From Marsupella aquatica (lineage: Eukaryota; Plantae; Marchantiophyta): a stretch of 64,000 nucleotides of DNA. The stretch lies in assembly GCA_973895155.1 (NCBI GenBank), contig OZ316899.1:7753241-7817240 (forward strand). The letters are read 5' to 3'. The notes beneath the pieces were generated by a model. The model was not told the origin of the DNA and did not search any database. It was given only the letters and a program-made list of their open reading frames with translations. Numbering within the stretch: position 1 is the first letter of the stretch; each line of letters starts with the position of its first letter. Below are positions 38,335 through 51,820 of the stretch, piece after piece. Position numbers and translations under genes: made by a program.

Positions 38335-41300
38335 TAGCTCCCTACTTAAGTGTGAAGCGTCCTCGCGAACATCATTACGCTCGTTGTCCTGATGAAAGTA
38401 CCTCTTCACACGATCGTAACTAACTCGATTGGGAAAGAGGTCGCCGGCGTACGTCGATAGTTGTAGGGATCCGTTCAGGTACATCTGCTGGACAACAAAA
38501 GGTCCTAGCCAGCGTGTGTGTAACTTTCCTGGAAAGTACATGTACCTACTGTCGTACAGAAGGACAAGATCTCCCGCAGTGATGTCCACCTGGCGCAGTC
38601 CCTTGTCGTGCTGTTTCTTCGTTGCTTCTTGCTTAGCTGCCACGCGTTGCGATGCCCACAATCTGTGTTCTTCTAGACTGTCGATCTTATATGCTCGATC
38701 GGACGAACTAGCGGCCTCCGATAGTCTGTGGCGGATGCGCACCCGGGGGGTCTCGACCTCGAACTCGACGGGTACTAGCGCATGTTGTCCGAATACCAAG
38801 AAATACGGACTATGGTTTGTAGTGGTCTTGAACGCCAAGTTGTACGAATAGACCGCCGCAAAAAGCTTGTCGTCCCAGTCTGTTTTGTGGGTTGCCACGG
38901 TTTTGTTGAGGATTTTCCCTACAATGCCATTAGCCCGCTCTGCTAGTCCGTTACATTTGGGATGATAAGGAGTAGTCTTCCTGTGCTTGACGAGGTAACG
39001 GTCAGTCAGTTTTTCCACCGTTTCGTTCAAAAAATGAGTCCCGCGGTCGCTGACTAATTCCAAGGGAGGTCCGAAGCGGGTGAAGATCTGTTCGTACAGG
39101 AACCTGGCAGTGGTGGCCGCGTCATCCTTGACCGTTGCCCGGGCCTCGACCCATTTAGTCGAGTAGTCGATAGCCAGAAGGATGTACCGGCAACGCCGAC
39201 CTCGGGTTACCGGAGTGAATGGTCCGATATAATCGATGCCCCATTTCTCAAACGGGGCAAGGGGAAAGATTGGAGTTAGAGGATGATTACCCGATCTGCG
39301 AGGTTTGCCTGCGCGCTGACATAAGTCACACCCTCGGATAAAATGGGCTACGTCGTGATGAAGCGTGGGCCACCAATAACCTGCGTCCAAGATTTTGTGA
39401 GCCGTGGTGACCAGGGCGAAGTGTCCTCCTGCCTCTTCCTCGTGCATAGCTCGCATGACAATGATTGTCTCGTTATAGTCTAGGCATCTGTGGATTTTCC
39501 CATCGACGCCTTCCTTATGCAGATGTCCGCGGATCATCATGTATGGTGCGGCCTTGCGGAGAAAGACCGACGCGGCCTCTTGGTTTATGTTACTTGGAAT
39601 GCGGGCCGTTAAGAGGAAGGTGATTAGGTCCCCATACCATGTTGGTTGGTCCGTTTCTACACGGAATAACTCCTCATCCGGGAATGCATCATCGACAGGT
39701 GCGTCGTCCGACTCCCCTTCGATCCTTGAGAAGAAGTCCGCATTTACGTGAGCTTTCCCTGGTCGCACCCTGACTTCGTAGTTAAATTCTTGGAGCAGTA
39801 GGACCCAACGGGCTATTCTCCCTGTTAAGTCTGCTTTGTTTACCATGTACTTCAGGCTGTCATGGTCAGTATGGAATACTACCTTATACCCCAATAGATA
39901 ATGGCGAAACTTTTTACACGAGTAGATGATTCCCAAGGCCTCCCGATCGGTGGGCGAATAGTTTTTCTCTGCGGCAAACAGTTGTCGACTCGCGAAGTAA
40001 ATGGGGTGGTCACGTTTTTCGTCGTCCAGTTGGCTTAGGACTGAGCCGATGCAGAACCCAGACACGTCGACATACACATGGAACTCCTTGTTCCAATCGG
40101 GGGTAGTCAGAATCAGAGCCATCGTGAGCTGGTTTTTTAGTTCGTCAAAGGCTGATTTTCGACGGGGAGTCATTTCTATGACCGCGTCTTGCTTCATCAT
40201 TTCCGTAAGGGGTAGGGCTATCTTAGCAAAATCCTGAATGAATCGTCGGTAGTATCCTACGCAGCCTAAGAAGGATCGCACCGCCTTCTGGTCCGCTGGG
40301 TAAGGGACGTTCATCCATGCGGCCACCTTCTCCTGGTCCACCTCGATCCCCCGTTTGGACACTCGGTGTCCAAGTAGCACTCCTTCCGTTACCCCGAATA
40401 AGCATTTGCCCGGGTGTAATTTCAACCCTACTTCCCGGCACCGCTCCAAAGTCCGCCTCAGATGTTCTGGGTGCTGGGCGATTGTTCCGAAGATGGCAAA
40501 ATCGTCTATGAACACCTCCAAAAATTCTCGTAAGAAGTCATGAAAAATATTCATAATGATTCGCTGGAACATAGCCGGGGCATTGCATAAGCCAAAGGGC
40601 ATCCGCCTGAACGCGTAGGTTCCCCACTCGGTTATGAACGTGGTTTTGAGCTGGTCCGATAGTCTGATCCAAATCTGGTTATAACCCGAATATCCATCTA
40701 GGAACGTGTACACCTCATTTCGGGCTACCATGTCAAGGACCATATCCGTGTAAGGTAGCGGGTAATGGTCTTTCCGAGTAGCGTCGTTGAGCTTCCGATA
40801 GTCTTGGCATATTCGAATTTTAGGTTTACCATCAGGCCCTACCTTCTTAGGAACCACCACAATGGGGGACACCCATTCGCTAGATAAGACGGGGTAGATG
40901 ATGTCCGCCACGATCAGTTGATCCAACTCCTCCTTTACCAAGACGGAATGTCTTGGGTTTAGTCTTTGTTGCCTTTCTCGGACGGCATGAGCACCCAAGT
41001 TTAGATCGATGACGTGTTCGCCATAGGCTGGTGAAATCCCGGTTAAGTCTCGGTGACTCCATGCGAAGACGTCCTCATATTCCGATAGGAGTTCTTGGAT
41101 GGCCTTTTCCTCTGGCGCTCGTAGGCCATAACCGACGTTGAATGTTCTCTCCCTCTTGGTGGTGTACCTGCCATAGGATTCCTTGCGGATTACCTCCACA
41201 TGGTCTCTGGTGGCCCGGTCAAGGTGAGCTTCCAATTCCTCTAGTCTGGTGCCATCGTAGGCCACAGGTTCCCAGACTGTCGGCTGGTCCTTTGGGAGTT

Positions 41301-44295
41301 CCTTGGGTTCCTTTATTACGGATGGAATCTCGGGGCTCCAGGTAACCTTTTTCTTTGCGGGAGGAGTGACGGTCTGAGTAGCGTTTTCCTCGGGTATACC
41401 GGGTAAGGCCAGCCGGCCAACTGCCTTCGTAGGGCTCACCCTGCCGGGGAATGCTCCGCCCATTGCCGCATCATCTCCTTCTGGTTTCCCGGGTGCTTCG
41501 ATTTGGGCCGCTGGTCTGGGCTGGTTCAGAATATGGGCTTCTCGGACGGCATTTACCCCGAAGACTTCCTCTTCATCCAGGCGAGAGATTAACTCCACCA
41601 TATTCACCTCTTCTTCTGAGATGTCCTCCTCCGAGTCATATTCTTCGGGTCCCTGGGGCGTCTCGCCCTGGTAGTCTTCTTCCTTCCAGGACACCGTCGT
41701 AGTCGGGTTACCGAATCGTAATTCCTTCCTTCCCCAGTCGGTAACGACTCAGGCACCGTATAACCAGGGTCTGCCCAGCAGTACTGGATAAGAAGAGGGT
41801 CGGAAGGGTCGCATCATCAGGTAATTTAGAAAGAACTTGAGGCCTCCAATCCACGTGGATATCTTGGTTAACGTCCCCAGTGGCATGATCCTGGCGCCGT
41901 TTGCTAACCGAATGGCGCGCGCCGTGGGTTGATAAGATGTATATCCCAACCTTACGGAAGTGTCCTCTGTCATGATGTTTACACCGGACCCGCCGTCTAT
42001 CGGTACAAACTGAACAGTACAGCCCGCTATCTCGATAGAGACTTCCGGCGCTCCTAAGTCCTGGTAAATCATCATACAGTCGGCTAAGGTGCTTACCCGA
42101 GGTAGCCGTCGCCTCCTCTTTCCTATCAGCATCTCCTTGAGTTGTTGCCTATACTTCGGGTTATCCTGCAATAGTTGTCCGACAGTGGCTGTGGCTGCAC
42201 AGTTCTGAATATCCTTTTTGATGTCGTATTGGTTAGACGGTGGGGTCGCAGATTTTACTGCTTCTGCTCCCTTGACTTCAGTTTGCAAGGCAGTCTCAGC
42301 TTCCTCGGCTTCTTCGGCCGCCTTAGCATTGGCAATATCCTTCTTAATGGCTTTCTCGTGCTCTTGGGCTTCGTAGGCTTCCAATTGCTTTTTGACCAGT
42401 TCCTCTACTCGTGGGTAGAATAACTTCGGGTTATCCCGCTAGTAGTCTTCCAGCTCGTCTGGTTCCATTGGACTATTCTTGTCTGCGACCGCCTCTTTCT
42501 ACTGGGCATCCTTCCGATCTCGTTCTTTGTACTTATCCTTCTTGCGGGATGATCGGGTAGAAACGCGATAGCACTCGTCGTCCGCGTGCGTTCCCGTTTG
42601 CTCGACTGCCTCTATGAGATCGATCCATTCGGTGGAGTCGTCCTGCCATTCCATTGTTACCATTTGTACTACTGCATCCGTAATTGGTGGGGCCGCAGGT
42701 TGAGCAGCTCTGACGGCGCCGGCCTTCGCGGCTAGCACCAAGGGGCAGTTTGACGTGGAATGTGCTTCGGTTCGACAGACCTGGCACAATGGAAGCGCTC
42801 TCCCATCCCCTTGCTTCCTTTGCTCCGTGCACTCTCGGGCAAAGTGACCAGGTTTCTCGCAATTATAGCAAACCGGGGTCCACCAAACTCCGGGTTTAGG
42901 TGGGATACTTGGATTGCTGACCATCTGGGGGCCACGCCCATTTACCGGATACGGATAAGGGGTATGGAACCCTGGATTGTGGCCGCTTAGGGTGCGAGGT
43001 CCCGTCATACTCATCTGGAACACCGCCTCACCTGGATCCTCGAAGAAGTACTCCATCGTGCATCCCTCTGGCTCGGACTGTCCGGGCTCCAACTCCATCT
43101 GGTGCACGCGAGTGTTCCATCTTGGACATTCTTGCACCACATGTCCCGACTGATAACACTTGGAGCACCAAGCATGCGCTCGGATTTCCGGTGGTTTCTT
43201 CTTGTCCGGAGGTTTTTCCGCCAAGTGCACCGATAGTGCCTTCAACCGGTCTGTGATTTCGTTCAGCTTTTCTACCTCCGCAGCCTTTGGGTCCGTGGTG
43301 ATGACTTTGGCTCGCGGTTTATGTTTACCCGTATCTGACCGTGATCCCTTCTTTCTTCTGTGGTCTCGAGACTCTGACTCGGTCTCGCTGGAGGATGAGC
43401 CAGTTGACGTCGGGCTACTGGACAGGGAATTACTAGACTCTGAATCAGAGTCTGACGAAGAGCTGGTCCGGCCCTTCTTCTTATGTCGTCGTTTCTTCTT
43501 CCTCTTCTTCTCGTCGTACTCAGAGTCAGAGTCGCTGAAGGTATGATACCTCCTGCTCTTCTTATGTTTGGTCCTCCTATTAAGCTGAGAGGCGTAGTGC
43601 GATTCCCTGAAGGATTCGGCACTATCAATTGCTTGTTGTAGAGTGGTGGTCTTCTTTTCTAGCACCGAGAACGCCATCCTCTGGGGTAGCACGTGGACGA
43701 ACCATTTCCTCAGCAGAGAGTCATCTGGCTTAGGCCGAATCTTGGCGGCAACCTTCTGGAACCGCTGCAGAAATTTGCGAAGTGAGTCATGCTTACCCAT
43801 TTGCATTCGCCCGATTTCTGACAGGGCCCGAGATTCGATCCTGACGGGCCGAAATTCTTGCAAGAATGCCGTTTGGAACTGGCCCCATGTACAACCCGGG
43901 GGTTGTAAGTTATACCACGGGCGCGCTTCTCCTCGTAGTACGCCTGGAAGAATGGTTAGCTTAATGGCTTCCTCACCATTCGCCTTGGCCGTGGCCTCGA
44001 ACTCAGCTATCCATTCATCAGGGTCGTCTATGGGTCGTCCCTTAAAGGGTCGATAGTGAAACCGGGATCGCTGCGACACGTTCTGAGCCGCAGGGGGCTA
44101 CAACGCACCTGGTACCTGCGGGGCTGGTGGAACCGGTGGAGTTCCTCCCGCGATCGGTGCTTGGGTACCCATCACAACACGCGATCCTGCTTGGGAAGCC
44201 AAGCTCCCCGCTTCGCCGGTCGCGGTATTCTCTTCCAACCTTGATGCTCCGTCCGGTTGTTGTAAATACGCAGAACGTGATCGGGTAAGGGGCAT
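38287..44295 (-). pseudogene. Gag-Pol of element C (several premature stops)
   Basis: In-frame pieces 44098-44295, 42499-44079, 41749-42384, 38287-41694, collinear with A Gag-Pol. Confidence 0.92.
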
Positions 44296-44409
44296 GCCCC
44301 TTCCTTCACGTCGAGTACAAAATCAAAAGTTACTAGCTCACTACACGGCTCCACTCGTAAGGCAAAATGAGTGCCCCCTCCATCTAGCGCCAAAAAACCG
44401 GTCGCCGTA

Positions 44410-47400
44410 TGTCGCACCCCTACCCTGGGCCTTAAATCCGGGTTAGTGTCGTGGTGCGACCTCGACCACCAGTAGGGGTGAGGGTTCGGGCAAGGAGGTG
44501 TGTAGTGACCTTCAATAGCCCTAAGTCGGGCTAAGCCGCTATACTTACTGGTATAACACTCGCATAATTCATACTTGTCATAGGTATATTTATTTTCCAC
44601 CGCTGGAATTTTCCCTCAGTTAGTGACGCGGACTAACTCCCGACTTGGGGCTTTTCAAGCCATCGACGTGACAGGACCTTGTGACATGCAATGAGCGGCA
44701 ATCCCTACCATTAGTCCGCACCCGGTACGTCCCTTAAAATGGCGCCTTTGCCCGGACAAAGCATACACACAACACCAGTTACTCTCATAAACATTAAGGG
44801 GAAAAGACTACATTTACTCAGCAAAGCATCAGTTTACATGGTTGACTCGACTTCAAAGGGGGTCAGCAGGCCCAACGGCAGTCGATGCCCAGTCTCTACG
44901 AGGCCCTGCCTCGCACTTGCCCAGCAAGCTCGACTCTGGCTCTCACTCCTTGGTACGCTCTGACCCTACTCAGGCCGGGACTCCCCGTGCCTCGCCTTTC
45001 TTCTGCTGAGATAACTAAGCCTTCTCCCGCTTCCCATCGCGGAAGGGGAAGCCTAAATACTACCATAGCGGAAGAGAACTGGAGGATACTACCTTCCGGG
45101 GTACTACCTACTGACTAACTAACTGCTGACTACCGGTCGCGCTGCACTGACCGGTTGACCGTCGACTATGAGTGTGCCAACCGGAATGGCAGCGGCCAAG
45201 CCTACTGACAAACTCTAGTCCGTTGATGGACTCAATCCTACGTTGGCTGATCCTAACTGACCAGCCCTAATTCTTCCTACTGCCGCTAATCGGCGCCTAA
45301 TGACAGTCATTCTGTTGTTACGCCTAACTAAAAGATGCCGCTGACTTAACCGCTTCGCGCGGCGTCTGCTTCTACCCTTCGCTAACTACCCCTTACGTGT
45401 GTGCAGTGGTTGGACCAGGGCTGGTCCCCTTGTCGGGGCGAGACCTCGAGCCGCCTTGATCAGAGGTGGGCCCAGGTTTTCCCCGTTGGAGGACGAGCAG
45501 GGTGACGCGGTCCTGCAAAGCCTTGTTGTCCCGTAATGCTTCCTCCGCCTTGTTTGCAGCTTCGTCGGCTTCAGTCTGGAGCCACGCCACCTCCAAGTTG
45601 AGCTGGTCGATGGCGTCGCGATGGACCTGGTCCTGCGCTAGCAATTTATCTCGTTCGGCGGAGAGACTAGCCACCTGCTGTGCTGCCTACAGGAATTGTT
45701 TGTTGAGGTCGGTCAGGCTGGTAACCTGAGCCGAAGATTCTGAGCATAATTGAAGCACGGTGTCGTCCAGCTTCTTGAGTTCGGCCTGCGCTCCGCTTAA
45801 CTCCTGGGTTAGTCCGTCCCTCTGTTCGACAGTGCGGACTAAATCCTTGCGGCGGGTCGTTGCCTCCTCCTCGAGGTGCTCTACCAGCATCTGGAGACGC
45901 CCGATCTCATTCCCCTTCGCCATGAGTTCTTCTTCCAAGCGGCTGACGATCCGTGGTTGGTGCTCTAACATGAAGAAGGCTGGCTGAAAGTACGCAGAGA
46001 CTTGTTGTCCGATGTATGTCGCCAACTCCCCAGACATAGTCTGGCTAAACTTCTGGACCAGGTCGTAGGCCATGGTCCCCGGGGCTACTTGGTAGTCCTC
46101 CATCCTCTCGGGTACCGGTGGTTCCTCGGCAGGGGCAACGAGCTCCTCCGTAGTCAGCGCTGGGGAGGGGAAGGTTTCTTCAGGTGGTGGAGGGATTGGG
46201 GGTGGTTGTACTGCAGGTAGCGGAGGCTCAACGGAAGGAGGCGGTGGAATTTCCACAGGGGGCGGTTGCGGAGTATTAGTCAGGGCTTCCGGCTCGGGGT
46301 TTGTCCGAGGGACAGTAGTCCGCGTAGTCGGGGTTGCCTCCTCTGGGGCGGGGGTGACATTACCCAGGGCTGAGATGGCCGTATTCTTTCCTCTGGCCTC
46401 CCGCCGTGCCTTGTACCAGGCGAGGATAATGACGATATGACTCCCCAAGTAAGTCTTCCCTCCAATAGCCATACCACCCTGAGCCCGCTTCAGCTCCCCC
46501 GAGAATCTTCGGTAGAAGAATTGGGCCCAGTTTCGTCGTTTGTACTGTTCCACCTGCACTATCGTGTAGAGGGAAATCTTGGATCGTGGCTCAATCATGT
46601 GTAGGGTAGTCTGTATGAAGTTAAGCCGCTCCATACAGGTTAAGTTGGTGCACGCCCCCTGCTTGTATCCGTTGTCCGTCTTACCCTCGGGTTTGAAGTG
46701 CCGTGGCGTATACTCCTTATCCCGAATTTGGATTTCCACCGGCACCGGCCCGGTTGGTAGGCCGAAAATTTGCGTTAACCGATGCTCCGTGAGTGATAAG
46801 GTCTGCCCCGAAACCTTGGTGGTTGACGCATCAATGTCGAAATTGGAGATGAACTCACAAATCTCCTTCGGCCCGGCGGCGCACGGCCTCCATAGTAAGT
46901 GGGCGAACCGCTCCAACTGATGCTCCTTGAGATAGTCTGCATGTTCGAGTTTCTTGATCGCGATCCAGACTACCTCGGGGATGCGGATTACCTGTAATAA
47001 GTTGGACTTCGGGTTATCCGGGGGCCGTCGGGTCTGGTTGGTCGGGGGGTTTGCCGGGGCAGGTGCAGGCGCGGCGTCGGTCTGTGTTGATTTGGGGGCC
47101 GTCGTAGTCCTTGACCGCTTACGAGGACGCTGTTTGAGTTGCAGACTAGCTCGCTCGGAACCCGAAGAACACTCCGCGTTGATTACTGGACGGACTTGGG
47201 ACTGGTTTGGCGGTACTCCGATGGTCATCGGTTGAGGCGCTGGGGTAGCCCTATCCCAGTTGAAGGCGTTGGAGCTTTCCCCGAGGAACGTGAGATTACG
47301 CGCCGCTTCCCGTTGTCTGCTGATGTCTTCTTGGTGCTTTTCGGCTGCGATCTGCTGGTCTAGGTACCCCGGAATCTTGTCGAACTCCGCTTGAGTAAGC

Positions 47401-48247
47401 CGCTGGTTGCCCTTCAGCTTAAAGAACTTAGCTGGAACCTCAAGAATCGCCTCTGCTACCGATCTAAGCCCTTCCTCGCTGAGATATAGTTCGGTGATGT
47501 AGTCTCGCAGCTCGTTATAGCTAGAATCCCTGGTGATGGCTGTCCTTTTGCAATTAACCAGTGCTACCTTGGTTACCAGCTTCGCGTACCTTCGTTCGTA
47601 AGCGGCTTTCTCGGGGCAAGAGTACCAGTAAGTCTCGGAGAACTTAGCACCTACCTTGCCAAACAAGGTCCAAAATCCCAAGGCTGTGAGGGTCATACTA
47701 ACCTCGTAGTCCGGTTCGTTGCGTCCACGTTCCCACCTGGCTGGTCCTTTCTCGCGGAGGCCTCGCTCGTCCTGACTAAATCTTGCCACATTCTGCTCTT
47801 CTCCCTCGATAATTTCCTCGTAAAGGTCGACTGGATTCAATCAAAAAGGCGAGCGGATGGCAGCGTCCGTGAATTCCAAAAAGGTAAACGTGAGCGAATG
47901 GCCCACAGTGCCATCGGCTCCTCTCTTATGGGGGTGCCCGGACGAGCCCGAGCGTGAGAAGGTCAGGCCGTTTGGTCATTGATAACGAGCTGAAGTCGGC
48001 GTCTCGGTCCAAGCGTGATTCTTCTAACTGATTTTTACTCCGCTGCCGCCATCGTACCTCGGTCGCGCGTAATAATCCCTTTCCTGAACTCGTAATTATT
48101 CGGTTATCTTAACCTACTCCTAATCTAATCATAATGGCAACTTGACGGCTATACGTGCTATTCTACGCTATGGCTACGGTCCTAATGACCGTATAAGTCC
48201 TAATCTACGACCTGGGTTCGGTCAAGTGACACGTTACCCGTGTCACA
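44410..48247 (-). repeat. 5' LTR of C
   Basis: TG...CA, 3838 bp. Confidence 0.95.
45393..47840 (-). CDS. LTR-encoded PMD-like + coiled-coil protein of C (TAG at 45687 in both LTR copies)
   Basis: 717-aa ORF plus in-frame 93-aa tail. EFISNFD...LTEHRLTQIFGLPTG..LHMIEPR is similar to the A LTR ORF. Confidence 0.75.
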
Positions 48248-49193
48248 GATTTCCACCGGCCTGACATTGTTTTGGTAACCAGACCAAAGAAGAGGAAGTT
48301 CAGGGGGATTGCAAATAGGGATGCAAACTTTGAAAGCTAGGATGCTGAAGTTGTGGATCTGTCGTCCGATGGCTCTCGTGGCTCGGGCAAACCAGATGTT
48401 GTCATTGTGGAACCCCGAAGGACGAGGTCAACCCCACGTCCGGAGCCCGTGAGAAGACGTGTTCAGGAAAGTGATTTGGTTCCAGGCATGTTCTTTTTGG
48501 CTCGCATCTCAACGATTGGTAAGAGTCCCGGTTGTCGAGGTGCATTCAAAGGCAAGGAACAGGGAGTATGTGCTCAATTTATTAGAGAGGTAGGACTAAA
48601 AGTAAGCGGATTAGGCGTTGTCGGTATCTGTTGGCTGGCTGGGAGTAAATTTAACGAACCAGGTGTTCCATATCCGTATTGGTTTTGCCCAAACAACCAG
48701 TGTTGCACAAAATCATCTTTGCCATTTATTACCGGTGTTTTACCACCACTGCCTTCAAAGTTTCCTGTCTCTTGTGGAACTAATCTTACATAAGAAGAGG
48801 TTCTGTACTTGCACAACAATGGAGTGGACGTCATTTTTGGTGAAGATGTTATGAATGAATTGGTGAGTGCTGGCGACATCATAATGGATTTGAACACATA
48901 CCCAGAGCGGATAGATCCTACAATGCCTAATGAGCGTGGTACTCGACGCAATGGCCAGGCAAGGCAAAGGAGGTCAGACACCTCCAAGTACGCTGCCACA
49001 CGTATTCATAATTCTAAGACCGAGGCAATTGTGTGCACATCAATGAGGAGAATCAAAACAGGGAATGCTACAGGCGTGAGGCTCATGGTGAACAACACTT
49101 GCAGGGGCCAAACTTCAATACATTGCGTACAGATCTGTGTCTTCCCAAGTTGCTCCTGCAAGGATTTCATGTACAGGAGTCTATGGGAAGTCC

Positions 49194-49690
49194 TAGGGTT
49201 TAGGGTTTAGGAAAAATGACCAACCAATCTTGACTTTGAGGTCGACAAACTTGTATCAAATGCCGGTATTGTCTGATCTAGGCGACCTCCGCCAACATGA
49301 ACAGGTTTCCTTCCTCATTGTATCTCGGAGACCCTCGCAGACATTGTATTACTGAGACCCTTGCTGATATTTTGGAGACCCTCGCCGACATTGTATTTTG
49401 GAGACCCTCGCCGACATTTACCAAACAGCTGAATAGGGTCACCTGTGTTGGGCCTAGGGTTTAGGGTTTAGGAAAAATGACCAACCAATCTTGACTTTGA
49501 GGTCGGCAAACTTGTATCAAATGCCGGTATTGTCTGATCTGGGCGACCTCCGCCGACATGAACAGGTTTCCTTCCTCATTGTATCTTGGAGACCCTCACC
49601 AACATTGTATTTCAGAGACCCTCGCCGACATTTACCAAACAGCCAAATAGGGTCACTTGTTTTGGGCCTAGGGTTTAGGGTTTAGGATAA
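49194..49690. repeat. Duplicated ~260-bp unit bounded by TTTAGGG repeats
   Basis: CTAGGGTTTAGGGTTTAGGAAAAATGACC at 49194 and 49454, partial copy at 49668. Confidence 0.85.
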
Positions 49691-49833
49691 ATGACCGTTT
49701 TATGTGACCGATATTATGTATCCGTTGTCCTTGTCAGTTTAGTGTTTAGGGTTTGCTATGGACAGGGTCACAATAGGAGGGTAGACCATCGGCCCGCTCT
49801 CAGATTAGGCATTTTTTTTGTTACAAACTTACT

Positions 49834-50496
49834 ATGGATCACGGCGTAGGCGAACGTGAGCTTTTGATTGATAGGACACAACAAAAACTTAGATTGGAAT
49901 TGCGGACGCTTCTGGCTAGTAAGGAACAAGACCGTGCTCGCATTTGGAATCCTCGTTATCCCCTACGATGTCACCCTCCAGTAAGTAACTTGATTCCAGG
50001 GTTGCCTAATGAGGTTGTGGAGTTGCACATTTGGCCCCGGATTCGGTCAATGCTCCAAGGTGTTGCAGTTTTGGATCCAGTTCGGGATGGTCATCATCCA
50101 GTGAAGACTCTCTTCCTGACGATGCGATCAGTTGCTCATATCAACAGGAAATGGAGACATTTGATAACAAACTCCATACTATGGGCTGCAATGACTACAG
50201 CTATAGCGTTTTGTCGCGTAAGATGGCCTACAGTGACCCCTTTGTTCTTTCGAGATTCAGTGAGAGCGTTCCCACCGATCAATGTTTGGAGTCGGTTGTC
50301 TGATAGTATCTTAAATGAAAGGATCGATTCTTGGTTGTTATGTGCTTCAGAGGAAGTGGACTGCTACCTCTCCGTATATGGTCTTGAGCAAGCGCAAGTA
50401 GAGTCTTGGAAAAGGACTCGTGTTGATAACTGGTACATTGAACAGGTTCAAGAAAGACTTGATAATGGTGTTCCTGTTAATCGTGACAATTTTTAG
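49834..50496 (+). CDS. F-box-like protein (MULE cargo 1)
   Basis: LIPGLPNEVVELHIWPRI...VAHINRKWRHLITNSILW. Confidence 0.65.
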   Translation: MDHGVGERELLIDRTQQKLRLELRTLLASKEQDRARIWNPRYPLRCHPPVSNLIPGLPNEVVELHIWPRIRSMLQGVAVLDPVRDGHHPVKTLFLTMRSVAHINRKWRHLITNSILWAAMTTAIAFCRVRWPTVTPLFFRDSVRAFPPINVWSRLSDSILNERIDSWLLCASEEVDCYLSVYGLEQAQVESWKRTRVDNWYIEQVQERLDNGVPVNRDNF

Positions 50497-51091
50497 CGGC
50501 ATCGACTGAGCACCAATGTGAAAGTTGTTTGCCCACATTGAATGCCATGTCAAATATCAGCCTGCATTAGTGTAATAGACCAATTAGACCAATTTTGTGT
50601 AATAGACCAATTAGAACAATTTTGTACAAAAAAATTTGAATAGTAAAAGTTTAAATTTTTTGAGCGGAATCTCAGTGCGGTGTTCTCGTTATGTTAGTGA
50701 CCTCTTCATCATACATAGCAGTACACAATTGTCCTTCTCATGTTGGCGAGAGTCTCTGAGATGTGTCTTGGAGAGGTCGTTTACCATCACTTTTGTCCTC
50801 GTGAAGTCGGCCAGAGTCTCTGAGATAAGTCTACTATATTGTGTTGACAAATTGGCGGGCACAATCCGCAAAATCTCAAAGACCCTCTCTGAGATGGATA
50901 ACAGATAGGAGACCCCGTAATATATCGAACAGTCCCATAATATTTAGACAATGTTTTTTTAGTTAATCTGCTCCTAGCAATAAAACCATAAGTTTTGGGC
51001 AAAATTTGTGAGGTCAATCATCCATATCACTATTCACTCTTTGGTTGCCTTATCATGGAGGTCTCCACTTGACACTATTCTCTTGTTCAAC

Positions 51092-51820
51092 ATGGAAGGA
51101 TCCAATGCGCAGAGGTGTTATCATGAGAAGTGCGCTGCACGGCTTGAGAAGTTCAGGACGACCGTTACTGAGCTGAAATTGATAGCTTTTTCCGATAAGT
51201 TGTCAATATGGAGTTCTCCCGGGAGTTCTGGGGGGGAGCCTATGCATTATCCATTGCGCAGTCAGGAAGCCCGAAAGCAGAGTCTCATCTCCGGCCTCCC
51301 GGATGATCTGACGGAGGGACACATTTGGCCTCTACTTCGAAACAGATTTGAATGTGCAAATGCTCATGGCAGAGATGATAATGCTACATTCAACGCAATC
51401 AACAACATGCGTGTATTGTCAAGAGTTAGTAGGAAATGGAGATTCCTAATGACTCACTCGAAGGGATGGGCAGCCATAAAAGTGCTACTGGACATTGTTG
51501 AAAATATATCTGAAAATCAACATTGGACTCGACACTCAACCGCGTCCACGTTTTGAGTCCTCTTGCATCAAATTCCTCCTATTGATGCCCTCGCGATGAT
51601 GTCACCTATATCATTGAAGTCTTGGGTGGCATATTATGTTTGGAGGACAGAGAGATATGAGAGGGATCTGTATGACAATTTCTTTGACGAGGATGAGCTT
51701 GGAAGGGTCAAGCTATGGGTGGAGAACAGGCTACACACATTGTTGTGGTGTGACGATGTAGCGAGTTGGGAGAGCAACAATCCCGATAGTGGGTACGGGC
51801 TTCATAGTGATGACATTTGA
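51092..51820 (+). pseudogene. F-box-like protein (MULE cargo 2, paralog, one internal stop)
   Basis: LISGLPDDLTEGHIWPLL...LSRVSRKWRFLMTHSKGW. TGA at 51554, then in-frame 51563-51820. Confidence 0.6.

Larger units (their letters stand above)
34498..48247 (-). mobile_element. Full-length Ty3/Gypsy element C (relative of A)
   Basis: LTRs 34498-38334 and 44410-48247, TSD GATTC/GATTT, PBS 44375-44392, PPT 38335-38349. Confidence 0.96.
26594..49190 (+). pseudogene. MULE-type DDE transposase with Cys/His-rich (GCM/WRKY-like) DNA-binding region and partial SWIM finger, split by B and C
   Basis: Segments 26594-28781, 33447-33946, 34106-34497, 48253-49190. Removing the inserts restores NRW|CTMSAH and EDS|HRPD. 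Motifs SDVMH, GFMADN..AI..FHWAQ, GAESVH, CSCKDF. Confidence 0.85.

Noticed and set aside
34498-48247. Assembly duplication or segmental duplication of ~4-kb blocks
   Set aside because: The copies have TG..CA ends, PBS, PPT, a TSD and scattered differences, so they are LTR pairs.
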